This document shows positions 10,190-23,558 of a DNA stretch of 64,000 nucleotides, piece by piece. Positions within the stretch are counted from its first letter, which is position 1. Each line of letters begins with the position of its first letter. A program made the position numbers and the translations under genes. Below the pieces are notes generated by a model, which searched no databases, was not told the DNA's origin, and saw only the letters and a program-made list of their open reading frames with translations. Origin of the DNA: an uncultured Acidobacteriota bacterium (GTDB lineage Bacteria > Acidobacteriota > Thermoanaerobaculia > Multivoradales > SZUA-115); assembly GCA_963805975.1 (NCBI GenBank), contig CAWDVR010000002.1, positions 1,088,001 through 1,152,000 of the forward strand, given 5' to 3'.

Positions 10190-10477
10190 GTGGAATACGA
10201 GTGGGATACCACGAAGGCCGCCGAGAATCTACGTAGGCATGGGGTCGATTTCGTGGAAGCCATCGCGGCTCTTGAGGACCCGCATCGCTTCGAGACGATG
10301 GACACCCGCTCGGTCTACAGCGAGGAAAGGATGCAGGTTCTCGGCATGAGCGCTGACGGCATCTTATTCGTGATACCGACGATGCGCGGCAACGAGCGGT
10401 GCCGCATTATTTCGACCCGGAGGGCCACGCGCCATGAAGCAGACCGGTACTACGCGGGTGATCGTGAAGCTTGGTGA
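10190..10477 (+). CDS. BrnT-family toxin
   Basis: EYEWDTTKAAENLRRHGVDF...EER...RIISTRRATRHE. Confidence 0.88.
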   Translation: MEYEWDTTKAAENLRRHGVDFVEAIAALEDPHRFETMDTRSVYSEERMQVLGMSADGILFVIPTMRGNERCRIISTRRATRHEADRYYAGDREAW

Positions 10478-10805
10478 ACCCCTATCGCGCGGCGAAACCG
10501 ACTGGGCACGGGTGAAGGCGATGACCGATGAAGAGATCCTGGCAGCAGCGCTCTCCGACCCCGATGCTCAGCCTCTCACCTCGGAGGAACTGGCGAGGAT
10601 GCGGCGGGTCTCCCCTGCCAAGGTGCTGCGGCAACGGCTCGGGATGACCCAGGTCGAGTTTGCCGCTGAGTTCGGGATACCGGTGAGCACGCTGCGGGAC
10701 TGGGAACAGCGCCGGACCACTCCGGATGCGCCGGCTCGTTCGTTGCTGCGAGCCATCGAGCGTGAGCCCGAGACCATGAGGCGGCTGCTGGCCCAGGTAG
10801 CCTGA
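10434..10805 (+). CDS. Antitoxin with Xre-type helix-turn-helix
   Basis: TDWARVKAMTDEEI N-terminus plus LGMTQVEFAAEFGIPVSTLRDWEQ HTH; overlaps the toxin gene. Confidence 0.85.
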   Translation: MKQTGTTRVIVKLGEPLSRGETDWARVKAMTDEEILAAALSDPDAQPLTSEELARMRRVSPAKVLRQRLGMTQVEFAAEFGIPVSTLRDWEQRRTTPDAPARSLLRAIEREPETMRRLLAQVA

Positions 10806-11000
10806 GCCAGCGAGGGTCGCCGGGCGACTGTCGTCACGGGCCGGGCGACGCATGGCTTGCCGAGGCCCCCGATGACGATTCGGGCATCGCACGCGCCCTG
10901 GGCGACATTGCCCGCACCAGCCGAACAGATCCATCGAGCGGCCCACCCTGCGCTAAACTCCACAAGAACCAGCAGCATAGCCAGCACGGGGAGGCCCGCG

Positions 11001-14000
11001 ATGCCGTTCGAGGCCCGCTCTCTGGAGTTTTTCCATACCCACTCGCCGCGACGCTGGCCTTGGGCCGCCGCTTTCTTGTCGGCGGCCGCCCTCGCCCTGC
11101 TGCTCCTCCCCGCTTTCGAGGTTCAGACCCAGACGGCCGACCCGCCTTGCGACCTCTACAGCCCGGAGCCGGTGCCGGCGAGCTTCGTGGGATGTGCCGA
11201 TCTGCAAGCGAAGGTGGAGGACACGGCCGCCTTCATGGGCCAGGATGGGTTCGATCTCGCGGGCTACGAGGGCGTGCTCGGCGAGTTCTTCGACAACTAC
11301 TGCCACCGCAACGCCGCTTCCGGCTGGGTGCGCGACAAGCGGGTGCGCGACACCGGTCCGTACGTGGCGGTGTCGCAGCCGGGCGGCACCTGGAGCTCAC
11401 CGCGCGCCTACGGCACCCACCTGCCGGTGGTGATCTGGTACAACCCGAAGATGATCGAGTGGCTGCGGCAGAACCGGCCGCACGAAGGAGACGCGCCCGC
11501 CGCGCCCGCGCCCATCCCGGATGGTGCGGTGATGGTGAAGGAGATGTTCCCGGCGCCGGCGGCGCGCTGCGACCGCTACCCGCCCGAGCACCTGACGGTG
11601 CCTGCCTCGACGGGCGTGGCCTTCATGATCCGCGACGCGGCCAACGCCCAGGACGGCTGGTTCTGGGGCGCCTGGTGGCAGGGGTTCACCCCGGATTGGC
11701 CGCCGCAGGGCCGCGGGCTGGCGGCGATGGGCTTCGGGCTCTACTGTCTCAACTGCCACGCCTCGGCGAAGGACAACTCCACCTTCGCCGACCTCGCCAA
11801 CGTGGCCGGCGAGCCCGGCGAGCCCAACGTCTACCTGTCGCAGAACTTCCTCTTCGAAAACGCTATCGCCCCCCAGGAGGAGCTGGGCCGCCACCGCACC
11901 GTGGTGGACACCACCGACGACCCGCCCCGCGAGCAGGCGCCGCTCTCGAGCTACAACCCCGCCTTCCTGGCGCGCTTCCCCACGACGACTCCACCAGTGC
12001 AGAGCGCCATCACCTCGCTCCCGTCCCAGACCTACGACCACGTGTGGGTGCCCGGTGGAGGGCCCACCGTGGCGAGCCAGTTCGTCACCTCGGACCAGTG
12101 CATCGGCTGCCATGACGCCGGCTCCACGGGCCTGCAATTCGACATGACCGAGCCCTCGCCCAAGGCGAAGGCGCTGCTCAACCTTTCGCCCTACGCCACC
12201 TGGCGCACCTCGCCCATGGGCCTGGGCGGGCGGGACCCGATCTTCCTCGCCCAGCTGGCGAGCGAGACGGAGACCTTCCACCCCCAGCATGCGGCGATGG
12301 TGCAGAACATCTGCTTCGGCTGCCACGGAGTCCAGGGGCAGCGCCAGCTCGGCATCGACCACTTCGAGAAAACTGGTGTCTGCGTCCCGTTCGACCGCGC
12401 CATGGTCGACGCCGTGCCCTATCCGGCCGCCGCGGCCCACAACCCCGGGCTGGCCTTCGCCCGCTACGGCGCGCTGGCTCGCGACGGCATCGCCTGCTCG
12501 GCCTGCCATCACATGGCGCTGACGCCGGCCGAGATCGAGCGGGTGAAGGACGCGCCGCAGAACCACTGCGTCGAGGAGCGCCAGGAGCTGCTCAACCCGG
12601 AGAACAAGGGCTTCGCCCGCACCTTCACCGGCAGCTTCTTCGTCGGCCCGCCGGGCGAGCTCTACGGCCCGTTCACCGAGCCCCAGCAGAAGCCCATGGA
12701 GCACGCGCTCGACATCCAGCCGATCCACAACACGGCGGTCAAGAGCTCCGAGCTCTGCGGCACCTGCCACACCGTGCACCTGCCCATCTTCGGCGCCGGC
12801 GGCAAGCAACTGGGCTCGACCTACGAGCAGACCACCTATCCGGAATGGGCGATGAGCGCCTACCGCACCGGCGCACTGGCCGACGGCTCGCCGCTGCCGT
12901 CCGGCGTCGGCAGCCTGGCGCAGTCCTGCCAGGGCTGCCACATGAAGTCTTCGGACGGGAAGACCGGGCTCTACCAGAGCAAGATCGCGAGCATCCAGGA
13001 GAAGAGCAACTTCCCGGCCACGGAGAACACGCTGCCGGCAGCGGAGATCGACCTCTCCCCCCGACCCGGCTTCGCCCGCCACACGCTGGTGGGGCTGAAC
13101 GTCTTTTTCAACGAGATGGCGCAGCAGTTCCCGGACGTGCTGGGCATCCCGACGCAGGACCCGATGATGGGCTCGCTCGGCCTCGACCCGCTGCTCGCCA
13201 CCGAGCAGGCGATGCTCCAGCAAGCCGCAGAGCAAACTGCGACCGTGGCCGTGAGCGAGGTGCGCCTCGCCGGCCGCAAGCTCTCCGCCCGGGTCACGGT
13301 CGACAATCTCGTCGGCCACCGCTTCCCCTCGGGCGTCGGCTTCCGCCGCGCCTTCCTCGAGGTCGCGGTGCTGGACGCCGCGGGCCAGGTGCTCTGGGCC
13401 TCGGGGCGCACGGACGGCGCCGGCACGCTGGTGGATCAGAACGGCCAGGCCCTCGCCGGCGAGATGCTGTGGCAGAGCGACTGCTCCGCGCTCCTTCCCG
13501 GCACCGCCCACCAGCCGCACTACCAGGTGGTGAGGCGCCAGGACCAGGCGCAGATCTACCAGGAGCTCTCGCTCTCGCCGGCACCGGTGCCGGACCCGCG
13601 CTGCGGGCGACACCCGGTTCCGGGCGGCGCCATCACCACCAGCTTCCTCTCGATCTGCGGCCCGCTCAAGGACAACCGCCTGCTGCCGGATGGTTTCCTG
13701 GGGGATCGCGAGCGGCTGGCGATCGCTCGCGCCCTGGGGGCCGGCCACGAGCTGGCGGAAGAGACCGGGCCGTTCGCGGTGGGCGACGACCCGGACTACA
13801 GGAGCGGCGGCGGCGGAGACTCGCTGCGCTACGAAGCGGACCTCGCCGAGGTGGCTGGCACCCCGGTCTACGTGCAGGCGACGCTCTATTACCAGGCCAT
13901 CCCGCCCTTCTATCTGCAAGACCGCTTCTGCACCTCACGAAGCGGCGACACCGAGCGCCTCTACTACCTCGCCGGGCATCTCGACCTCGCCAAGAGCCCG

Positions 14001-14084
14001 ATGGAGAGCTGGAAGCTCACGGTGGCGAGCAGCGGCCGCGTGGTGATCGGGCCGGCGGCGGAGGCGGTGCAGGCGGCGAGGTAG
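11001..14084 (+). CDS. Secreted multiheme cytochrome c: cytochrome P460-like domain fused to a pentaheme region
   Basis: Signal peptide; DGAVMVKEM...MIRD...DGWFW...CLNCH, then CIGCH, CFGCH, CSACH, CGTCH and CQGCH; RBS GGAGG. Confidence 0.85.
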   Translation: MPFEARSLEFFHTHSPRRWPWAAAFLSAAALALLLLPAFEVQTQTADPPCDLYSPEPVPASFVGCADLQAKVEDTAAFMGQDGFDLAGYEGVLGEFFDNYCHRNAASGWVRDKRVRDTGPYVAVSQPGGTWSSPRAYGTHLPVVIWYNPKMIEWLRQNRPHEGDAPAAPAPIPDGAVMVKEMFPAPAARCDRYPPEHLTVPASTGVAFMIRDAANAQDGWFWGAWWQGFTPDWPPQGRGLAAMGFGLYCLNCHASAKDNSTFADLANVAGEPGEPNVYLSQNFLFENAIAPQEELGRHRTVVDTTDDPPREQAPLSSYNPAFLARFPTTTPPVQSAITSLPSQTYDHVWVPGGGPTVASQFVTSDQCIGCHDAGSTGLQFDMTEPSPKAKALLNLSPYATWRTSPMGLGGRDPIFLAQLASETETFHPQHAAMVQNICFGCHGVQGQRQLGIDHFEKTGVCVPFDRAMVDAVPYPAAAAHNPGLAFARYGALARDGIACSACHHMALTPAEIERVKDAPQNHCVEERQELLNPENKGFARTFTGSFFVGPPGELYGPFTEPQQKPMEHALDIQPIHNTAVKSSELCGTCHTVHLPIFGAGGKQLGSTYEQTTYPEWAMSAYRTGALADGSPLPSGVGSLAQSCQGCHMKSSDGKTGLYQSKIASIQEKSNFPATENTLPAAEIDLSPRPGFARHTLVGLNVFFNEMAQQFPDVLGIPTQDPMMGSLGLDPLLATEQAMLQQAAEQTATVAVSEVRLAGRKLSARVTVDNLVGHRFPSGVGFRRAFLEVAVLDAAGQVLWASGRTDGAGTLVDQNGQALAGEMLWQSDCSALLPGTAHQPHYQVVRRQDQAQIYQELSLSPAPVPDPRCGRHPVPGGAITTSFLSICGPLKDNRLLPDGFLGDRERLAIARALGAGHELAEETGPFAVGDDPDYRSGGGGDSLRYEADLAEVAGTPVYVQATLYYQAIPPFYLQDRFCTSRSGDTERLYYLAGHLDLAKSPMESWKLTVASSGRVVIGPAAEAVQAAR

Positions 14085-14152
14085 ATTGTCGGGGTCTCGC
14101 GAGTCGTTCGCCGGACTCCAGCCCAAACTGTTGACTGGTTGTGGAGGTTTCT

Positions 14153-14500
14153 ATGGCACTCGTCGTCCGCGCCTTTCCCGTTCTGCCCGAAAAAGAAAAG
14201 GAGCTTCAGGCCTTCGCGGCTGAGCTCACCGAACAGCGCCAGCAGGAGGCATCCGAGTTCTTTCGCCTCTTTCGTGTGCAGCATGAAAGCTGGCATCTCC
14301 AGCACACTCCACACGGTTCGTGGGTGATCGCAGTCACCGATCTCCTGGAAGAGCCGGAAGTGGTGGCACAGGAGTATGCGGAGTCTGAGCGACCTTTCGA
14401 CCGATGGTTCAAGGGCCAGGTTCTTTCCTTGTCGGGCATCGACCCGGACCTCGAGCCGCTCGGCCCACCGACAGAGAAGATCTTCGAGTGGCGGAGCTAG
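14153..14500 (+). CDS. Small hypothetical protein (possibly dimeric alpha-beta barrel-like)
   Basis: RBS GGAGG; plausible acidic globular sequence; lower GC. Confidence 0.7.
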   Translation: MALVVRAFPVLPEKEKELQAFAAELTEQRQQEASEFFRLFRVQHESWHLQHTPHGSWVIAVTDLLEEPEVVAQEYAESERPFDRWFKGQVLSLSGIDPDLEPLGPPTEKIFEWRS

Positions 14501-15009
14501 GCAACGCCGTCTCACCCCTCGTCGGCCACGCTCTGGTATGGGGCCTCTTCCTCAGCGCGGTCCTCTTCACCATGACCCTCCTGCTCCTCTGGTGGAACCC
14601 GGAGATCATGCTCAGGGACTATCCGCCGGACATCCAGGCCCAGCACGGGCCGATGAGCGAGCGGTCGAAGCGCCAGCGATGGCCGGTGGGAATCGCTTTC
14701 CTGGCGGTGCTGGTGGCGATCGTCGTGGCCTCGTTCCAGCGCGTTCACGCGCTCGCGGGCGGGGACATCTCCTTCGCCGTGGCTTTCGTCCACTCGTGCA
14801 CGATGTTCTCGCTCTTCAACCTGCTCGACTGGCTGGTGCTCGATTGGGGGATGGTCGCCCTGCAACCCCGCTTCGTCGTCTTGCCGGGGACCGAGGGCCT
14901 GGCCGGCTACCGTGACTACTGGTTCCATTTTCGCGGCTTCCTGATCGGCATCGTGGTGACCCTCCTCGCCAGCCTGCTGACTGCCGGGATCGCCGCCAGG
15001 TTCTTTTGA
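14488..15009 (+). CDS. Hypothetical membrane protein
   Basis: 4 TM segments, NLLDWLVLDW...PGTEG..GYRDYWFH; start codon uncertain. Confidence 0.7.
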   Translation: MAELGNAVSPLVGHALVWGLFLSAVLFTMTLLLLWWNPEIMLRDYPPDIQAQHGPMSERSKRQRWPVGIAFLAVLVAIVVASFQRVHALAGGDISFAVAFVHSCTMFSLFNLLDWLVLDWGMVALQPRFVVLPGTEGLAGYRDYWFHFRGFLIGIVVTLLASLLTAGIAARFF

Positions 15010-15127
15010 AGAGGCTACACAGCTCGCCGTCGGGTTGATCTCCGCGCCAGGAAGCGCACGAGCGTGGCGCGACTTAGAGGCATGATGCGCGTCCGATGAC
15101 CGGACCGCCCTCAAAGGGAGAGATGAA

Positions 15128-15583
15128 ATGAGTCACTTCACACGACTGGGAGCAGGTCTCGTCCTCATCGCCATCGTGGGCACGTGCATCTGGGCCTTCT
15201 TCCCGCGCAAGGAAAACGGCGTGGACATCGACTTCGTGGTCGGCGTGACAGCGTTCTCGATCGCGATGGTGACGTTCTTTGGCATCCTCGGGCCGGATCG
15301 CTCGACCAAGGAACGATCCTCGCTCGGCGGCGACCGGCTGAGGACCGCAATCGCCTGCTCACTCATCATCACCTACATCTACATGGTTTCCTTCACCGCC
15401 TTCGTGTGGAACCCACCCGAGGTCGGGGAGGTCACCAGGACGTTCGTCGAGAGCTTCTCGAGCGTGATCGGCATCACGATCGCTTTCTATTTCGGGGCCT
15501 CCGCCGCGGCGCAGATTTTCGGCACGGAGAAGGAGCCCCCACTCGCCGGCAAGCGCGCCGACGAGAAGGGCCCCGACTCGTAG
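15128..15583 (+). CDS. Hypothetical membrane protein (4 TM)
   Basis: RBS GGGAGAG; hydrophobic segments ending in TIAFYFG. Confidence 0.7.
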   Translation: MSHFTRLGAGLVLIAIVGTCIWAFFPRKENGVDIDFVVGVTAFSIAMVTFFGILGPDRSTKERSSLGGDRLRTAIACSLIITYIYMVSFTAFVWNPPEVGEVTRTFVESFSSVIGITIAFYFGASAAAQIFGTEKEPPLAGKRADEKGPDS

Positions 15584-15762
15584 CCGAAGGAGGCCCGGTC
15601 GATGGGCGCTCCAGGTGGCTTCCGAGCACGCGGTGCCCGAGTGGTGCTGCTCGGTGCGTGCGCGGCGTCGGCTTGCTGCCCACCACGCTCAGCTCCTCTT
15701 CGAGACGGACCAGACGGAGCGCCTGATGCAATCGATCCTGCACTTTCTCAGGGGGCCGTAGC

Positions 15763-15819
15763 TTGCACTAGAACCCCAGATCCGCTAGCCTCGGCGAGTC
15801 TTGTGACGCTTGTCACAAG
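15763..15819 (+). promoter_or_regulatory. Promoter of the ACIII-caa3 operon with a Rex/CRP-type palindrome
   Basis: TTGCAC-17 bp-TAGCCT (15763-15791) followed by the perfect palindrome CTTGTGAC-GCTT-GTCACAAG (15800-15819). Confidence 0.65.
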
Positions 15820-15911
15820 CGCCTTGTGGGAGAGCTGGGGGCTACGTTATCCTCTCGCCGGTTCCCACAGGCCGGCAGGCCCATAGAATCTCTAGCCGAG
15901 GCCCCTTGACG

Positions 15912-16562
15912 ATGGCCCAGGTATTCCATCGCAGCACGAACACGATCGCCAAGGCGACGATCTATGGCGGTGTGGTTTTTGCGGCCTTCGCGGGCTGGCT
16001 GCTCCTGGCCCTGGCGCGCTCCCCTTACGTCACCCGCCAGGGGGTGGTGCGGCAGCAGCCGGTGCCCTTCAGCCACGACCACCATACGGCCGGCCTCGGC
16101 ATCGACTGCCGCTACTGCCACACCTCGGTCGAGGACTCGTCCTTCGCCGGCCTCCCCCCCACGCAGACCTGCATCGGCTGCCACAAGCTGATCTGGACCA
16201 ACGCCGAGCTCCTGGAGCCGGTGCGGGCGAGCTGGCGGACCGGCGAGCCGATTGTCTGGCGGCGCATCCACGACCTGCCGGACTACGTGTACTTCGACCA
16301 TTCGATCCACGTCGCCAAGGGCGTCTCCTGCTACACCTGCCACGGGGCGGTGAACGAGATGCCGCTCATGTACCAGAAGTCTTCGCTGCTGATGGAGTGG
16401 TGCCTGGACTGTCATCGCGACCCGGCGAAGTTCGTGCGCCCCAGGGAAGAGGTGGTGAACTTTCGCTGGCGGCCCGAGGAGCCCCAGGAAGTGCTGGGGG
16501 CGCGGCTGGTCGAGGAGTACGACATCCACAGCATGACCAACTGCTCGACCTGCCACCGTTGA
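15912..16562 (+). CDS. actA: Alternative complex III pentaheme cytochrome c subunit
   Basis: N-terminal TM, QPVPFSHDHH, five CxxCH motifs, LPDYVYFDHSIH. Confidence 0.92.
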   Translation: MAQVFHRSTNTIAKATIYGGVVFAAFAGWLLLALARSPYVTRQGVVRQQPVPFSHDHHTAGLGIDCRYCHTSVEDSSFAGLPPTQTCIGCHKLIWTNAELLEPVRASWRTGEPIVWRRIHDLPDYVYFDHSIHVAKGVSCYTCHGAVNEMPLMYQKSSLLMEWCLDCHRDPAKFVRPREEVVNFRWRPEEPQEVLGARLVEEYDIHSMTNCSTCHR

Positions 16563-16600
16563 TATGTCACCGTTGAAAGAAAACTGGGTCACCGCCGAGC

Positions 16601-19710
<3,110 letters not shown>

Positions 19711-19711
<1 letters not shown>

Positions 19712-21114
19712 TGACGCCCGGCGAGAACGTCAGCGTGCTCGACAAGCCGCCGTTCATCGAGCCCGGCCACACTCCGGGAACGGTCACCGACAAGATCAGC
19801 TCGATCGTCCTCGGCAAGATCCCGATGTGGTGGTACGGGGTCTTCGGCGTCGGCTTCATCCTGCTCACGGTGCTGCTCCAGGCGCTTGGCTACCTGATCC
19901 TCAAGGGCACCGGCATCTGGGGCGTGAACATCCCGGTGGGCTGGGGCTGGGCGATCATCAACTTCGTCTGGTGGATCGGCATCGGCCATGCGGGCACGCT
20001 GATCTCGGCGATCCTGCTGCTGCTGCGCCAGCAATGGCGCACCTCGATCAACCGTTTCGCCGAGGCGATGACCCTCTTCGCCGTGGCCTGCGCCGGCATC
20101 TTCCCGCTGATCCACACCGGCCGGCCGTGGCTCGGCTACTGGCTGCTGCCACTGCCCAACGTGATGAGCGTGTGGCCCAACTTCAGGAGCCCGCTGGTCT
20201 GGGACGTGTTCGCGGTCTCGACCTACGCCACAGTCTCGATGCTCTTCTGGTACGTGGGCCTGGTGCCGGACCTCGCCACGCTGCGCGACAAGGCGAAGCA
20301 CAAGGCCGCCAAGATCGCCTACGGCGTCTTTGCCATGGGCTGGCGCGGCTCGGCCGTGCAGTGGCACAACTACGAGTCGGCCTACCTGCTGCTCGCCGGC
20401 CTCGCCACACCGCTGGTGCTCTCCGTGCACACGGTGGTGAGCTTCGACTTCGCGGTCGGCCAGCTTCCCGGCTGGCACGCCACGATCTTCCCGCCCTACT
20501 TTGTCGCCGGCGCCATCTACGCCGGCTTCGCCATGGTGCTGACGCTGGCGCTGCCGCTGCGCTACGCCTTCGGCTTGCACGACTTCATCACCGACCGCCA
20601 CCTGCAGAACATGGCCAAGGTGATGCTCGCCACCGGCCTGATCGTGGTCTACGGTTATTTCATCGAGATCTTCGTCGGCTGGTACGGCGGCCATCCCTAC
20701 GAGCAGTTCCTGATCAAGAACCGCATCACCGGCCCCTACTGGCCGGCCTGGTGGGCCCTGATCCTGTGCAACGGCATCGTGCCGCAGCTCCTGTGGATCA
20801 AGAAGCTGCGCACCAACCCGTGGCTCCTGTTCGGCATCTCGATGGTGGTCAACGTCGGCATGTGGCTCGAGCGCTACGTGATCGTGGTCACCAGCCTGAC
20901 GCGCGACTTCCTGGTCTCCTCCTGGGGCACTTACCACGGCACCAAGTGGGACGTGATGACGTTCATCGGCACCATCGGCCTGTTCATCTTCCTGTTCTCG
21001 CTGTTCATCCGCTTCCTGCCGCTGATCTCGATCTTCGAGATGCGCACCATCGTGCCGGAGGCCGAGCGGGTGCTGAAGCACCGGCCGGAAGAGCCCGAGG
21101 GGACGGGACCATGA
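19711..21114 (+). CDS. actC: Alternative complex III subunit C (NrfD/PsrC family quinol-binding subunit)
   Basis: [45 protein letters not shown]. Confidence 0.93.
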
Positions 21115-21656
21115 AGACCGAAGACGCGTTCCAGCTCTACGGCGTGATGGCGGAGTTCGAGACCCCCGAGGGCCTTCTCGCCGGCATCCGCGCCAGCCGC
21201 CGGGCGGGCTACGAGGATCTCGACGCCTACACTCCCTACCCGATCGAAGCGGTGTGGGAGGAGATCGGCCACCATCACTCGAAGGTGCCGCTCTTGGTGC
21301 TGATCGGGGGCATCCTGGGCGGTCTTGGCGGCTTCGCCCTCCAGTACTGGACCTCGGTGATCGACTATCCGCTCAACGTCGGCGGCCGGCCCTTCAACAG
21401 TTGGCCGGCGTTCATCGTGCCGACCTTCGAGTGCACGATCCTCGCCGCCGCGGCGTCGGCGGTCTTCGGCATGTTCTTCCTCAACGGGCTTCCCAGCCCG
21501 TACCACCCGGTGTTCAACGTGCCGCGCTTCGCCGCGGCGTCCCGCGACGCCTACTTCCTGGTGATCAAGGCCACGGACGACAAGTTCGACCTGGACGCCG
21601 TGCGCCGGTTCCTCGGCGGCCAGCCGGTGAGAGAGGTATCCGACGTTGAGTATTGA
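21111..21656 (+). CDS. actD: Alternative complex III subunit D (DUF3341)
   Basis: DAYTPYPI and [23 protein letters not shown]; position in the operon. Confidence 0.9.
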   Translation: MKTEDAFQLYGVMAEFETPEGLLAGIRASRRAGYEDLDAYTPYPIEAVWEEIGHHHSKVPLLVLIGGILGGLGGFALQYWTSVIDYPLNVGGRPFNSWPAFIVPTFECTILAAAASAVFGMFFLNGLPSPYHPVFNVPRFAAASRDAYFLVIKATDDKFDLDAVRRFLGGQPVREVSDVEY

Positions 21657-22308
21657 GAACCCGAGGGTCGGGGCGAGGGTGCTGGCGGGCGTGGCTCTGC
21701 TGCTCGCCACCGGCGGTTGCCGCCAAGACATGCACGACGCGCCGCGCTACGACGCGCTCGAGAAGTCGAGCTTCTACGCCGACGGCCGGTCGGCGCGGGA
21801 CCCGATGGCGGGCACCGTGGCGCGCGGCCACCTCAACGAGGACACGGTGCTCCTGACCGGCAGGACGCCGGACGGCAAGTTCGCCACCGCCGCGCCCATG
21901 CCGCTCGATCTCGCCCTGCTCCAGCGCGGCCAGGAACGCTTCAACATCTTCTGCTCGCCCTGCCACGACCGCGTGGGCACGGGCAACGGCATGATCGTGC
22001 GCCGCGGCTACAAGCAGCCGCAGACCTACCACAGCGACCGCCTGCGCGATCAGCCGCTGGGCTACTTCGTGGACGTGATGAGCAACGGCTTCGGCCAGAT
22101 GCCGAGCTACGCCCACCAGGTTCCGCCGAGGGACCGCTGGGCGATCGCCGCCTACATCCGGGCCTTGCAGTACTCGCAGAACGCCCGCCTCGCCGAGCTC
22201 TCGGCCGACGACCGGCAGCAGATCGCCGCCGCCGGGTCGCGGCCGGCCGGGGAGGCCGGCGCCGCGGCGCACGGCGGCGGCGGCGGCCACCACCAGGGGG
22301 AGCGATGA
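21646..22308 (+). CDS. actE: Alternative complex III monoheme cytochrome c lipoprotein
   Basis: Lipobox TGGC-RQDM, GTVARG, CSPCH, MPSY. Confidence 0.9.
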   Translation: MSIENPRVGARVLAGVALLLATGGCRQDMHDAPRYDALEKSSFYADGRSARDPMAGTVARGHLNEDTVLLTGRTPDGKFATAAPMPLDLALLQRGQERFNIFCSPCHDRVGTGNGMIVRRGYKQPQTYHSDRLRDQPLGYFVDVMSNGFGQMPSYAHQVPPRDRWAIAAYIRALQYSQNARLAELSADDRQQIAAAGSRPAGEAGAAAHGGGGGHHQGER

Positions 22309-23558
22309 GCGAGCACGCGGTACCGCAGCCGATGGCGCACGGCGCCGCGAGGCCCCGGGTGGTGGCGCCCGCCAACTGGCGGAGCCTCTCCTGGACCGCG
22401 CCGGAAGCGATCGGCCGGCTCCAATCGCGCTCTTTCCTGGTGGGCGCGATCGGCCTCGCCCTGGCGGCCATCGGCCTGTTCTTCAATCGCCAGCACTTCT
22501 TCCAGTCCTATCTGGTGGGTTATCTCTATTGGCTGATCCTCGCCCTGGGCTGCCTCGGCATCCTGATGTTGCACCACACGTCGCGCGGCGCCTGGGGCCT
22601 GGTGGTGCGCCGCATCCTCGAGGCCGGTGCCCGCACCCTGCCCTGGATGCCGCTCCTCTTCCTGCCGGTGCTCCTGGGGATGCGGTACATCTTTCCCTGG
22701 CTGAATCCCGAGGTCGCGGCGGAGGAAGTGGTCCGCCACAAGGCGGCCTACCTGAACGCGCCGTTCTTCATCGCCCGCTACGTCTTCTACTTCGCCGTCT
22801 GGACCTTCCTCGCCTGGCGCCTGTCGAGGCTCTCGATCGAGCAGGATCGGCGGCCGGGAGACGATCAGCTCACGCGGCGCATGCAGGTGTACTCGGCGCC
22901 GGGCCTCCTCATTTTCGCCATCACCGTCAGCTTCGCCTCGTTCGACTGGCTGATGTCGCTCGACCCGCTCTGGGCCTCGACCATCTACGGCGTCTACGTG
23001 ATCGGTTGCGCCGGGCTCTCGGGCTTCGCGTTCGTGATCGCGGTCGCCTACTACCTCTCCCGCCAGTTACCGATGGCGAACGTCTTTGGCAGCCGCCACT
23101 TCCACGACTATGGCAACCTGATGATGGCCTTCATCATGTTGTGGGCCTACTTCTCCTTCTCGCAGTTCCTCATCATCTGGTCGGCCAACCTGCCAGAGGA
23201 GATCCCCTTCTACCTCAACCGCTCGCGCCACGGCTGGCAGTTCCTGAGCCTCGCGCTGATCATCTGTCACTGGGCGATCCCGTTCTTCCTGCTGCTCTCC
23301 AAGGGCCGTAAGCGCGATCCCTCGCGCCTGGTGAAGGTGGCGCTGTGGGTGCTCGCGATGCGCTTCGTGGACCTCTACTGGCAGACGGCGCCGATGCCGA
23401 CCTTCCACCCGGAGAGCCTGCTGCCCCGCCTCGCGGACATCCCCGCGGTGGTGGGGATCGGTGGCATCTGGCTGGGGCTCTTCGCCCGCGAGCTGGGGAG
23501 CCGGCCGCTCCTGGCGGTCAACGCTCCCGATATGGAGGAGGCGCTCGGCGATGAATGA
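22305..23558 (+). CDS. actF: Alternative complex III subunit F
   Basis: DWLMSLDPLWASTIYG, HFHDYGNL, WAYFSFSQFLIIWSANLPEE. Confidence 0.9.
   Translation: MSEHAVPQPMAHGAARPRVVAPANWRSLSWTAPEAIGRLQSRSFLVGAIGLALAAIGLFFNRQHFFQSYLVGYLYWLILALGCLGILMLHHTSRGAWGLVVRRILEAGARTLPWMPLLFLPVLLGMRYIFPWLNPEVAAEEVVRHKAAYLNAPFFIARYVFYFAVWTFLAWRLSRLSIEQDRRPGDDQLTRRMQVYSAPGLLIFAITVSFASFDWLMSLDPLWASTIYGVYVIGCAGLSGFAFVIAVAYYLSRQLPMANVFGSRHFHDYGNLMMAFIMLWAYFSFSQFLIIWSANLPEEIPFYLNRSRHGWQFLSLALIICHWAIPFFLLLSKGRKRDPSRLVKVALWVLAMRFVDLYWQTAPMPTFHPESLLPRLADIPAVVGIGGIWLGLFARELGSRPLLAVNAPDMEEALGDE

Noticed and set aside
15128-15583. Holin-like FYFG motif in a small membrane protein
   Set aside because: No phage or lysis genes nearby; the motif alone is insufficient
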